A stretch of 41,438 bases of DNA from assembly GCA_947631225.1 (NCBI GenBank), contig CANRKM010000002.1, forward strand, positions 1 to 41,438, in the 5' to 3' direction. Positions 1 to 9,204 of this stretch are shown piece after piece (position 1 is the stretch's first letter; each line of letters opens with the position of its first letter). The stretch comes from an uncultured Clostridia bacterium. GTDB taxonomy: Bacteria; Bacillota; Clostridia; TANB77; CAG-508. The notes under the pieces were generated by a model. That model was given only the letters and a program-made list of their open reading frames with translations, was not told the DNA's origin and made no database searches. The position numbers and the translations under genes were made by a program.

Positions 1-3
1 AAT

Positions 4-46
4 AACCTCAAGCTATGTCCACATTATATCGGATTAGCTTGAGGTT
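4..46. terminator. Stem-loop, probable intrinsic terminator of a gene outside the window
   Basis: AACCTCAAGCTA (4-15) is complementary to TAGCTTGAGGTT (35-46), followed by a short T run. Confidence 0.5.
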
Positions 47-131
47 TTCAAGTACGCCTTTTCTTCTAGCGCTTACTAATTATATTAAAAAAATAATTTA
101 GTGAAATAAGGTATAAATTTTACGTCAACCA

Positions 132-161
132 TTGACAAATATAAAAGATAAGTATTATAAT
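132..161 (+). promoter_or_regulatory. sigmaA-type promoter for the Rpn gene
   Basis: TTGACA (132-137), 18-nt spacer, TATAAT (156-161). Confidence 0.55.
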
Positions 162-287
162 AAAAGTGCAAATTGCTTTTAAGTCATAGAAAATTTTATT
201 CAAAAAAACTTAATTCAAACTTTTTTGTTGCGTGATTTTCCTAAAAAAATGAATTAAAAGTATTATGCAAATTCAAGCGACAAGGAG

Positions 288-1142
288 GTGATGAATATAG
301 GAGAACTAACATTATTAGAATTAAAAAATGATATAGTATTTCAGGAGCTTTTTGGTAATCAAAGAAATAGCAAAATAACAGGTTATTTATTATCATTAAT
401 ATTAGGACGAGATGTAAATAATGTTAATTTAGATTTGAATAAAAGAATGCTAGGAAATAGAATAGATTCGAAAACAGGAAGATTAGACATAAGAGTAAAG
501 TTCAATGATGGTGAAGACTGTGATATAGAGCTTCAAGTTTCAGAATATGAATATATGGATAAAAGAATGTTAGAATATTGGTCTGAAATGTATACATTAA
601 AAATAAATAGTGGAGATGATTATGATGTTTTAAAACCATGTATATCAATATTAATTGCAAATTATAAAATTAACAAATTATCAGATATAAAAGAATATCA
701 TACAGTATGGAACTTAAGAGAAAGAAAACATCCAAATAAAATACTAACAAAAGATATAGAGTTGCATATATTAGAAATACCGAAAATAAGAAATACAGAT
801 ATCAAAAAAGATGAACTTGCTCTATGGTTAAAATTTATAGAAAATCCGAAAAATGAGGAGGTAGAAAATAATATGGAAGAAAGTGATTGCTTAAAACAAG
901 CAAAAGAGGAATTAGCATATTTAAGTTCAGACCCAGATTTTAAAAGGTTAGTAGATGCAAGAGCAGGTTTTTTAAGAGATCAAAATACCTTTGAAGTAGT
1001 TGGCATGAAAAAAGGAATAGAAAAAGGAGAAAAAATTAAAGCAAGAAAAATAGCAAAAAAATTGTTAGTAAAAGGCATGCGTATTGATGAAATAGTAGAA
1101 ATAACAGGTTTAACCAAAGAGGAAATTGAAAAATTAAAATAA
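288..1142 (+). CDS. Rpn family recombination-promoting nuclease / PD-(D/E)XK nuclease family putative transposase
   Basis: N-terminal D-x-x-F-x-x-LFG, RLDI...DIELQ catalytic motif, ELHILEIPK, and typical C-terminal tail GIEKGEK..IAKKLL..GM.IDEI.EITGLT.EEIEKL; AAGGAGG RBS directly upstream (start GTG 288 or ATG 291). Confidence 0.88.
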   Translation: MMNIGELTLLELKNDIVFQELFGNQRNSKITGYLLSLILGRDVNNVNLDLNKRMLGNRIDSKTGRLDIRVKFNDGEDCDIELQVSEYEYMDKRMLEYWSEMYTLKINSGDDYDVLKPCISILIANYKINKLSDIKEYHTVWNLRERKHPNKILTKDIELHILEIPKIRNTDIKKDELALWLKFIENPKNEEVENNMEESDCLKQAKEELAYLSSDPDFKRLVDARAGFLRDQNTFEVVGMKKGIEKGEKIKARKIAKKLLVKGMRIDEIVEITGLTKEEIEKLK

Positions 1143-1159
1143 AAATATTACAAATTAAA

Positions 1160-1189
1160 TTAACCCATAGGCATTTTGCCTATGGTTAA
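1160..1189. terminator. Hairpin between convergent genes
   Basis: CCATAGGCA-TTT-TGCCTATGG stem extended by TTAA arms; lies between the rpn stop and the stop of the minus-strand ORF. Confidence 0.6.
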
Positions 1190-1371
1190 TTTATATAAAA
1201 AATAATATTACTATAAACAATACTTGCAATAGTAAATACAATAGTTGCAACACCACCAAAAACATTATTTTTATTTTTCATTTCAAAAATAGAAAAAGAA
1301 ATAATGTAAAGTAATATAAATAAACAAATTAAACTAAAAAACAATTTTATAAAAATATTATTCATAAACAA
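1186..1371 (-). CDS. Small two-TM membrane protein downstream of the ger operon
   Basis: 61 aa with two hydrophobic stretches; AAGGA RBS upstream on the minus strand; co-oriented with the ger genes. Confidence 0.6.
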   Translation of the reverse strand: MFMNNIFIKLFFSLICLFILLYIISFSIFEMKNKNNVFGGVATIVFTIASIVYSNIIFYIN

Positions 1372-1454
1372 AAAATCCTTTCATAATTTTTATAACAATG
1401 ATTTATGCATTTTATTGTAATGTAATTTATAAGATGTTTTTTATATCCATAATT

Positions 1455-2783
1455 TTAGCTATTTTGTATCAATCTACTGGAAATAATGTCAGAATTAATT
1501 TCAACATCGAATTCTGCATTTTCATATTTTTGAGCCCAGTTATAATTTTTAAAATCTTTTAGTGTTAAAAAATGTTTTCTAGCTTTTTTATAAAAACCAT
1601 TAATATCAACTTTAAATTCTTTAGAAGTTTTGTTTAAATAATTTAAAATTTCATTAGATAAATATTGTTTTAAATTATTATTTATATTATTTAAAACATT
1701 GGTATCAGCATAATTTAAACTATTTAATCCATTTAAAGTTTCGCCAGTTAAATTCAATTTAATCTTTATAATTGGATTTTCTTTATTAGTATCAATACTG
1801 ATTTCTGTAGAAGAAAGAGCATTAATGGAGAGGTCAATTTTTTCACTATTATTATAAGGATAATCTAGTCTAACATAAAAATTGTCAACTTCATCTATAA
1901 GCATAGAATAGCAAAGTGTTTCCATTGCAGTTAAATGTCCAATATCTTTAGCGTTTTTTAGTACACACAAGCCGATATTTTCTGTTCCACGGTCTCCTTC
2001 TAAAATAGATTGCCCTTGACTGGTAATTTCTGATATATTTTTGTGACCTGATTCAGAATTACTCTGGTTTTGCCCTTGACTTTGATCTGAGCTTTGCTCT
2101 TGTTCTTGATTTTGCCCTTGGCTTTGATCTGAGCTTTGCTCTTGTTCTTGATTTTGTCCTTGTTCTTTATTAGATTTTACAGTTCTACCTAAAATTGCAA
2201 CAGCACCAATATTTTCATTTATAAGATTATCATAAAGTTCGCCTAAAATTACATTTGATGTATAACCAGTATATTCACTAGAGGTTGGAAAAATATCATA
2301 ATACTTTGTTAATACTTTTTCCAAAGAAGAAGCAGAGCCTTCAATATATTGGCTAGCAGTTACCTCAGATATTAAAACATTAACAGTTGGTCTAATTTGA
2401 GTATCATTCATAAGTGATGCAATCTGAGGAAGAAGGCCTTTTTGTGCAACTTCATCAGAAAAAATAATTACTTTACAATGTGATAAATTTACTTGTTTTC
2501 CGACATAAGAATTAAGTATATTAATTGCTCCAGAAATTGAGGGTGCTGAAACTTTATTTATAATCGGTTGGCTATCCTCGGGAGATGCATTTTCAGAAAA
2601 GGAAGATATATTTGCAAACTCAAAAGAATATTCAAAATTATCACTATTTTCTATACTATCTACTCCTATTGCTATAACGTAGTCAAGATGATCTATGCTT
2701 TCTGAAATATATGATGAAGAAAAGGCATATAAAAATATTAATATAGAAATTAAAAAAATTATCCATTTAAGAGCTTTTTTCAA
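1455..2783 (-). CDS. gerKC: Ger(x)C family spore germination receptor C subunit
   Basis: N-terminal hydrophobic anchor, YVIAIGVD and NLSHCKVIIFS..VA..G motifs, third gene after GerA- and GerB-family genes; GAGG RBS, start overlaps the end of gerKB. Confidence 0.82.
   Translation of the reverse strand: MKKALKWIIFLISILIFLYAFSSSYISESIDHLDYVIAIGVDSIENSDNFEYSFEFANISSFSENASPEDSQPIINKVSAPSISGAINILNSYVGKQVNLSHCKVIIFSDEVAQKGLLPQIASLMNDTQIRPTVNVLISEVTASQYIEGSASSLEKVLTKYYDIFPTSSEYTGYTSNVILGELYDNLINENIGAVAILGRTVKSNKEQGQNQEQEQSSDQSQGQNQEQEQSSDQSQGQNQSNSESGHKNISEITSQGQSILEGDRGTENIGLCVLKNAKDIGHLTAMETLCYSMLIDEVDNFYVRLDYPYNNSEKIDLSINALSSTEISIDTNKENPIIKIKLNLTGETLNGLNSLNYADTNVLNNINNNLKQYLSNEILNYLNKTSKEFKVDINGFYKKARKHFLTLKDFKNYNWAQKYENAEFDVEINSDIISSRLIQNS
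2068..2162 (-). repeat. 42-bp in-frame tandem repeat (2 copies plus a partial) encoding QNQEQEQSSDQSQG
   Basis: Units 2068-2109 and 2110-2151 differ at one base; partial third unit follows. Confidence 0.9.
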
Positions 2784-3874
2784 TTTGAACCTCCTTTAAT
2801 TTTTTCTTTACATTAGCCAAAATTAAAATAGCAAAAGAAAAGAAAATTACAATTGTAAAAAATAGTATTTTAGATACCAAATTTTCCATAAATTCCAAAG
2901 TAGAATTTTGTTTTATAGATAATGCAACAGCAAAAATAATTAAAAGATATGGATATACCAAAGGTCTGTTGTCAGAAACAGAAAATATGTTTTTTAGAAT
3001 ATCCACAGCAAGATAAGTATTTAATGCTAAAAAACTTATTGCACCTATTACACATAAAGATAGAAATACTGCATCAAGTCTTTGAAAAAAGGTACCAAAT
3101 TCAATGTATCTTACACATAAATATAATGGGAAAAGTTCGCTATCTCCAATAGTGTCATAATATAAAAACAAAATATTTCCAAGTGCAATAAATAAAAAAA
3201 CTCCAGATAAAATAACACTTATTAAAGAAATTTTAGCAAAGTTTTGAGGATTTTTTAGTTTATTAGGTAAAAAAAGCAAATAAGCGATTCCACTAAATGC
3301 AAACAAATTGCTTAAACCAGTAAAAAAAGTAGTTTTAATGTCATTTCCAAGTATTGGGTAAATATTTTCAAAAGTAAAGTTTTTAGAGTTGCCTATAAAA
3401 ATAAGTACAACTAATGAAAACAAAATAGGTAACATAAATACAGCAGTTTTACATATACTAATATTTTTAAATTGACAAATAATACCTGTTGCTATTATAA
3501 AAATCAACACGATAAAAATAATATTTGTCATTGGGTAATATACAATTTCCAAACAACTGCTTATTTTTTTTAAGAAAATAGAGGCTCTTACTGTAAAATA
3601 AATAATAAATGCAATACCAATAAAGAATTTTAAAGTTTTTCCGACCAAGATAATCTGAAACAGTTAATAAATCTTTACCCTCAAATTTTTTTAAAAGAAA
3701 AGAATATGCAATAACAACAAGGCTTGCTAAAAAAGTAATTAAAACAGCATTAATAAGACTTCCTGATATACTATCATTAAATATGATTTTACTTGTAGAA
3801 AATATTATTCCATTAAATGTTATTATAGAGAAAAATGCAATAGCTTCGATATTTTCTAATTTTTGATTTCCCAT
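2767..3874 (-). CDS. gerKB: GerAB/ArcD/ProY family spore germination B subunit, about 368 aa when the +1 shift at C-GGA (3643-3640) is read through
   Basis: ORFs 3467..3874 and 2767..3648 join as ..SDYLG-G-KTLKFFIG..; multi-TM protein with N-x-x-P-I-LG and FFQRLDA motifs; GGAG RBS before ATG 3874. Confidence 0.82.
3640..3643 (-). other. +1 frameshift site C-GGA in gerKB
   Basis: CTT GGT C GGA AAA ACT; CGG is codon 78 counted from ATG 3874, and GGA is in the frame of ORF 2767..3648. Confidence 0.9.
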
Positions 3875-3907
3875 TTAATTAGAACTCCTTTCTATTTTTT
3901 GGAGCGA

Positions 3908-3948
3908 GGCGGTCAAAAAAGCACGTCCCAATTGACCAATTGACCGCC
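3908..3948. repeat. GC-rich intergenic hairpin (REP-like) between gerKA and gerKB
   Basis: GGCGGTCAA (3908-3916) pairs with TTGACCGCC (3940-3948). Confidence 0.55.
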
Positions 3949-3949
3949 C

Positions 3950-5625
3950 TTAAGTATCCCACTTTTTGCTTATTTTTGGGGCTTCTTCTTTTTTCTTAGG
4001 TAAAATATAGCTTGCCCTTTTTTCTTGTTTCCAAGCAGGTTTAACAAAATAGCTATTACTTCCAATAGCGAGTGAAGGTAATATAGGAGATGTATAGTTT
4101 ACTCCAAATGATTCTAAGCTACATAGTAAGTTAAGGTAAACGAAAAATCCAATTCCAATTCCTAGAAATCCTGCTATATATCCTAAAAATACAAATAAAA
4201 ATCTATATATTCTTAAGTGAAAAGAAAAACTATAATCTGGAATTGCATATGAGCTAAGCCCGGTAATTGCAACTACTATAATTAATATAGGACTTACAAT
4301 ACGTGCATTAACCGCTGCATCTCCTAAAATTAATGCTCCAACAATTCCTATTGTTGCACCAATAGGGGATGGAACCCTTAAACCAGACTCTCGGATTAAT
4401 TCAAAAGAAAGCTCCATAATTAAAAGCTCAAAAATTATTGGAAAAGGTACACTTTCTCGACTAGCTAGTATTGAAAACAGTAACTCTGTAGGTAAAAGTT
4501 CTTGGTGAAAACTGGTTATTGCAATAAAAATTCCGCGGTGCAAGAAGTGTTATAAAATAAGCTAAAAAACGTAAACACCTTAAAAAATTTGCAAAACTAA
4601 CTTTTAAATTAGTATCTTCAGGAGAAGATAAAAAATCTATTAAAACAGCGGGAGTAACTATTGCATAAGGATTTCCATTTACTAAAATAATTACTCTACC
4701 TTGCATTAAAAATTTAGAACATTTGTCAGGTCTTTCTGTAGATAAAATTGAGGGAATTCCAATATTATCATTATCTGTAATTAATTGTTCTAATTGACCA
4801 GTAGAAATCAATGCATCTAAAGATACATTTGTAACTCTGTATTTTACTTCTTCTATTAAATTTGGATTTGCAATATTTGACATATAGCAAACAGCAACTT
4901 TTGTTCTACTTATTTTTCCAACAGAAAAATTTTCTATAATTAAATTTTCATTATTTGCAATTCTTCTTAAAAGAGAAGTATTTGTTCTAATATTTTCAGA
5001 AAAAGCTTCTTGTGGACCTTTTATTATTATTTCATTTTTAGGGGCTTCAACACCTCTTTGTTTAAAACCTTTTACATCAATGTTAAATGCTGTTTCTACT
5101 GTATCTACAAAAAGAGCGCAGTTTCCTGAATTAATACCATCAATTATTTCAGAAAATTTTTCTTGTTTTTTTAAATTGTTTTGAGGTATTAAATTGGAAT
5201 ATAAATAATCTTCTAAATTAAATTTTGGGGTCTTTTTTACTCTAACTTCATCTTTTAAATTTTGTGAAGTAAATTCTTCATCAATGTTTCCATCAAAAGT
5301 ATTGTTTTTATTTCGAAGCATTAAAGGATTTAAAACAAATCTATTAACTAAATCAGAATCTACCATTCCATCTATATAAACTAAAAAAGCCTTATATCCG
5401 TATATTTCTTGCAGTAAGCAAAAATTCTCTTATTTGAATGTCACTATTAATTAATGAACTATATTTATTTTTTATATATTTTAAATTTAAATCATAACTT
5501 TCAGAAATCTTTTTTTCACTGTCATGTTCTGTTACATCGTTTGAATTAACTGATTTTAAAGTAAAGTTGTAATCTCGTTTTGGAGTATATTTAAATAAAT
5601 TTTTAAAATTCATATTAAAATTCAT
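3950..5625 (-). CDS. gerKA: GerA family spore germination A subunit, about 553-557 aa when two +1 shifts at C-GGA (5400-5397 and 4535-4532) are read through
   Basis: Three ORFs join into one GerA protein with YIDGMVD, GPQEAFSE, TERPD, FHQELLP, RESVPFP, ELIRESGLRVP, IGIVGALILGDAAV motifs. Start is ATG 5625 or 5613. Confidence 0.9.
4532..4535 (-). other. +1 frameshift site C-GGA in gerKA (second)
   Basis: CTT GCA CCG C GGA ATT TTT ATT GCA gives LAP-G-IFIAITSFHQE; CGG in frame with ORF 4461..5366. Confidence 0.92.
5397..5400 (-). other. +1 frameshift site C-GGA in gerKA (first)
   Basis: AGA AAT ATA C GGA TAT AAG GCT TTT TTA GTT TAT ATA GAT GGA ATG gives RNI-G-YKAFLVYIDGM; the zero frame stops two codons after CGG. 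Confidence 0.92.
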
Positions 5626-5820
5626 TCCTTTCTATCTTTGCTTGTAAAACAAACATAGATATGAATTATTGACTTGTAAAACTAAATCTCCTTTTTCCTA
5701 TTATTAACAATAAAGTAATAAAATATACATAATTAATTTTTAAATAAAACTTAATATAAAAATATTAAGTTATTAATTATAATGAAAAAAATTACAAAAT
5801 AAAAAAGTTAAAAATAAACC

Positions 5821-5849
5821 TTGATATTTTAGGCATTTTGCTATATAAT
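5821..5849 (+). promoter_or_regulatory. sigmaA-type promoter of alaS
   Basis: TTGATA (5821-5826), 17-nt spacer, TATAAT (5844-5849). Confidence 0.65.
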
Positions 5850-5887
5850 TGAAAAGATTTTAAGCAAATAGAAAGAGGGATTATTTA

Positions 5888-7639
5888 ATGAAAGCAATAG
5901 AAATAAGAAACAAATATTTAAATTTTTTTAAAGCACATGGACATAGTGTTATACCATCAGCACCATTAATACCGGAAAATGACCCATCCGTATTATTTAC
6001 GACAGCTGGAATGCAACCATTAGTTCCATACTTATTAGGAGAGCCACACCCTGCGGGAACAAGGCTTACAGACTATCAAAAATGTTTAAGAACAAATGAT
6101 ATAGATGAAGTAGGAGACAATCGCCATTTAACATACTTTGAAATGCTAGGGAACTGGTCACTTGGGGATTATTTTAAAAAAGAATCTATAAAAATGAGTT
6201 TTGAATTTTTAACACAAGAGCTAAATATTCCAGTAGAAAAATTATCTGTAACCGTATTTAAAGGAGATAAAGACTGCCCAAGAGATGAAGAATCCGCAAA
6301 ATATTGGAAAGAAGCGGGAATTTTAGATGGGCACATTTACTACTATGGAAAAGAAGATAACTGGTGGATAGCAGGTGAAACAGGACCATGTGGACCAGAT
6401 ACAGAAATGTTTTATGATACAGGAAAGCCTAAATGTTCAGAGAATTGTCAACCTTCATGTGATTGTGGTAAATATGTTGAAATTTGGAATAATGTATTTA
6501 TGGAATACTACAAAGATGAAAAAGGATATTCAAAACTTAAAAAGCATAATGTAGACACAGGACTAGGACTAGAAAGAATGGCAATGTTATTACAAGGAAA
6601 AGAGACACCATTTGATACAGAAATATTTAAACCAGTAATGGACAAACTACAAAAAATACAACAAGTAGATTTAATAGAAAGTAGAAGAATAATTGCAGAA
6701 CATTTACGTTCTAGTATAATGATAATTTCAGATGGAGGAAGACCTTCAAACCTAGATAGAGGATATGTTTTACGTCGTTTAATAAGAAGAATGATAAGAC
6801 ACATGAATAAACTAGGAATAAATCTAAAAGAATTAGACAGTTTAATAGATATAAATGTAGAAGCTTTAAAAGAATTATATCCAGACCTAGAAAAAAATAA
6901 AGAGCAAATAAAAACAGTAATAATAGAAGAAAAAGACAAATTTGTAAAAACATTAGACAAAGGAGAAAGAGAGTTTAACAAAGATATAGCCAAATTAAAA
7001 CAAGAAGGAAAAGACTCTATTCCTGGCGAAATAGTATTTAGATTATATGATACATATGGGTTCCCACCAGAAGTAACAAAAGATTTAAGTCAAGAAAATG
7101 GAATGAAAATATCAATGGAAGAATTTGACAAATTATTTAAAGAACATCAACAAAAATCAAGAGCAGGTGCAGAGCAAAAATTCAAGGGAGGATTAGCAAG
7201 CACAGGAGAACAAGAAACAAAATACCACACAGCAACACACCTTTTAAATGCGGCTTTAAAGCAAGTATTGGGTTCACATGTACATCAAAGAGGAAGTAAT
7301 ATAACTCCAGAAAGAATGAGATTTGACTTTTCGCATGACAGCAAAATGACAGACGAAGAAAAGAAGCAAACAGAAGACTTAGTAAACAAATGGATTGAGG
7401 AAGCAATTCCAGTAGAAAAATTAGAAATGAAAAAAGATAAAGCAATAGCCATGGGTGCAGAAGCAATGTTTATAGAAAAATACGGAGATATAGTTACAGT
7501 TTATAAAATAGGAGATATTTCACTTGAGTTATGTGGGGGACCACATGTTGCAAATACAAAAGAACTAGGTCACTTTAAAATCAAAAAAGAAGAATCAAGT
7601 TCCTCAGGTGTAAGAAGAATAAAAGCAATATTAGAATAA
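5888..7639 (+). CDS. alaS: Alanine--tRNA ligase, short form lacking the C-Ala domain
   Basis: DPSVLFTTAGMQPL, HLTYFEMLGNWS.GDYFK, GPCGP, EIWNNVFM, VDTGLGLER, RLYDTYGFP, editing motifs HTATHLL and ELCGGPHV; ends just after GVRRI. Confidence 0.96.
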   Translation: MKAIEIRNKYLNFFKAHGHSVIPSAPLIPENDPSVLFTTAGMQPLVPYLLGEPHPAGTRLTDYQKCLRTNDIDEVGDNRHLTYFEMLGNWSLGDYFKKESIKMSFEFLTQELNIPVEKLSVTVFKGDKDCPRDEESAKYWKEAGILDGHIYYYGKEDNWWIAGETGPCGPDTEMFYDTGKPKCSENCQPSCDCGKYVEIWNNVFMEYYKDEKGYSKLKKHNVDTGLGLERMAMLLQGKETPFDTEIFKPVMDKLQKIQQVDLIESRRIIAEHLRSSIMIISDGGRPSNLDRGYVLRRLIRRMIRHMNKLGINLKELDSLIDINVEALKELYPDLEKNKEQIKTVIIEEKDKFVKTLDKGEREFNKDIAKLKQEGKDSIPGEIVFRLYDTYGFPPEVTKDLSQENGMKISMEEFDKLFKEHQQKSRAGAEQKFKGGLASTGEQETKYHTATHLLNAALKQVLGSHVHQRGSNITPERMRFDFSHDSKMTDEEKKQTEDLVNKWIEEAIPVEKLEMKKDKAIAMGAEAMFIEKYGDIVTVYKIGDISLELCGGPHVANTKELGHFKIKKEESSSSGVRRIKAILE

Positions 7640-7724
7640 TTTTTTTAAAAGGGGGACGTGTCTTTTTTCAAAGTGAGAGGTCCCTTTCACTAAAAAAAGC
7701 AAATAAAAGAAAGGAAGTTTAATT

Positions 7725-8072
7725 ATGGATAATGATTGTTTATTTTGTAAAATAATTAATGGAGAAATTCCAGGAGACAAGGTATATGAGGATGAATTTG
7801 TTTATGCTTTTAAAGATATAAATCCTGCAGCACCAATTCATATTTTGGTTGTACCAAAAAAACATATTGATTGTTTAGCAAATATTTCAGATGAAGATGA
7901 AAAATATATATGGGCTATTCATAAAGCAATAAATATTATTGCACAAAATATTGGATTTAAAGAAAATGGATATAGAATAATTGTAAATTCGGGAAAAGAT
8001 TCAGGACAAGAAGTTATGCATTTGCATTACCATTTGCTTGCGGGGACAAAGTTCGGAGATAAGATAGTGTAA
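7725..8072 (+). CDS. hinT: Histidine triad (HIT) nucleotide-binding protein
   Basis: CLFCKII.GEIP, AFKDINP.AP.H.LVVPK.H, GQEVMHLHYHLL. Confidence 0.92.
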   Translation: MDNDCLFCKIINGEIPGDKVYEDEFVYAFKDINPAAPIHILVVPKKHIDCLANISDEDEKYIWAIHKAINIIAQNIGFKENGYRIIVNSGKDSGQEVMHLHYHLLAGTKFGDKIV

Positions 8073-8123
8073 GCCATGTAAACAACAAGAAGGAATGTAT
8101 TTTAAAGAAAGAAGGTACAAGCA

Positions 8124-8399
8124 GTGAGCATTACACAAATAGCTATAATATATTTATTAATAATTAATATTTTAGGATTTCTAGTTATGGGAATAGACAA
8201 ACATAAAGCTAAAATGGGAAACAGAAGAATACCAGAAAACTCGCTTTTCACGTTTACGATTTTAGGTGGTGGAGTTGGAACTATTGTTGGTATGTATATA
8301 TTTCATCATAAAACTAAAAAGTTAAAATTTACAATTGGAATGCCTTTAATATTAATACTAGAAATACTAATTTTTGTATATTTGAAGTATATGATTTAA
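8124..8399 (+). CDS. DUF1294 family small membrane protein
   Basis: DK.KA....RRIPE..L, GG..G...GM..F.HKT.K..F signature; GAAGG RBS before GTG. Confidence 0.85.
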   Translation: MSITQIAIIYLLIINILGFLVMGIDKHKAKMGNRRIPENSLFTFTILGGGVGTIVGMYIFHHKTKKLKFTIGMPLILILEILIFVYLKYMI

Positions 8400-8452
8400 T
8401 AAAAAAAGATAAACATAAAAAATTTTGAAAAAATAAAAAAATAATACACAAA

Positions 8453-8550
8453 TTATCAACAACAAAACTGTGAATAACTAAAAACTCAAAAAGCCATAGT
8501 TAGAAGTTATTCACAAACTTATCCACATTGTCCACAATATATGTGGATAA
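8453..8550. promoter_or_regulatory. Cluster of six DnaA boxes
   Basis: TTATCAACA 8453, TGTGAATAA 8469, TTATTCACA 8507, TTATCCACA 8519, TTGTCCACA 8528, TGTGGATAA 8542: two perfect TTATCCACA and four single-mismatch copies in 98 bp. Confidence 0.8.
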
Positions 8551-8597
8551 AAAGAAGACATAAATCGATATACATAATATATCCAAATAGACATAAT

Positions 8598-8614
8598 TGT
8601 AATATAATTGTAAT
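8598..8614 (+). promoter_or_regulatory. OmpR-family direct repeat matching the WalR box
   Basis: TGTAAT-ATAAT-TGTAAT fits TGTWAH-N5-TGTWAH; the AT-rich background makes a chance match possible. Confidence 0.35.
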
Positions 8615-8815
8615 TAAAGAAGGGATTTTTTGACGAAAAAGAAAGAAAATAGAAATTATTATACAAAATTGTGAAAATAATGACAAAATTCCCATATGCT
8701 TATTTTGTAATATTTGTAATATTATATGAGCTAAATAAAAAATATATGCCTGTAATGTTAATATAAATAAAATAAATCATATAATATAATAATGAATTTT
8801 TTTGGAGGAAATAAA

Positions 8816-9154
8816 ATGATAGACAAAATAAGATATAAATTAAAAAAGATATTATTTAGGCATATGGAAGAATATGATATAACTTTAGAAGAATTAAAAG
8901 AAAAACAATTAAATGGTGCAGAAATTATAGATGTAAGAAGTGTTAGAGAGTATAGTGAAAGTCATATAGAAGGGAGCATAAATGTACCAGAGTATGAAAT
9001 AGATGAGAAATTTGAAAATATGATAAAAAACAAAAACAAGCCAATTATTGTATATTGTGCAAGTGGATTTAGAAGTATAAAAGCATATAAAAAATTAAAA
9101 AAAATGGGATACATTAGAGTATATAATTTATATGGTGGTTTAGAAAATTATTAA
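8816..9154 (+). CDS. Rhodanese-like domain protein
   Basis: IIDVR...EY...HI.GSIN.P, VYCASGFRS, VYNLYGG; GGAGG RBS favours ATG 8816 over 8792. Confidence 0.9.
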   Translation: MIDKIRYKLKKILFRHMEEYDITLEELKEKQLNGAEIIDVRSVREYSESHIEGSINVPEYEIDEKFENMIKNKNKPIIVYCASGFRSIKAYKKLKKMGYIRVYNLYGGLENY

Positions 9155-9169
9155 ATGATAATATTCTTT

Positions 9170-9204
9170 AAAGTGCTATTCCGTAAATGAAATAGCACTT
9201 TTTT
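9170..9204 (+). terminator. Intrinsic terminator after the rhodanese gene
   Basis: AAGTGCTATT / AATAGCACTT stem followed by TTTT. Confidence 0.75.

Noticed and set aside
165-280. Structured ncRNA in the Rpn leader
   Set aside because: Only loose AT-rich complementarity, not distinguishable from chance by eye.
2767-5625. Calling gerKA, gerKB (and htrA, glgP, rnhA) pseudogenes
   Set aside because: All lesions are the identical codon-aligned C-GGA event with no other decay; random inactivation would give mixed indels and stops, mostly in the abundant A/T runs.
8400-8790. Calling this region oriC
   Set aside because: No dnaA, dnaN, rpmH or gidA nearby and no change in dominant gene orientation; kept only as a DnaA-box cluster.
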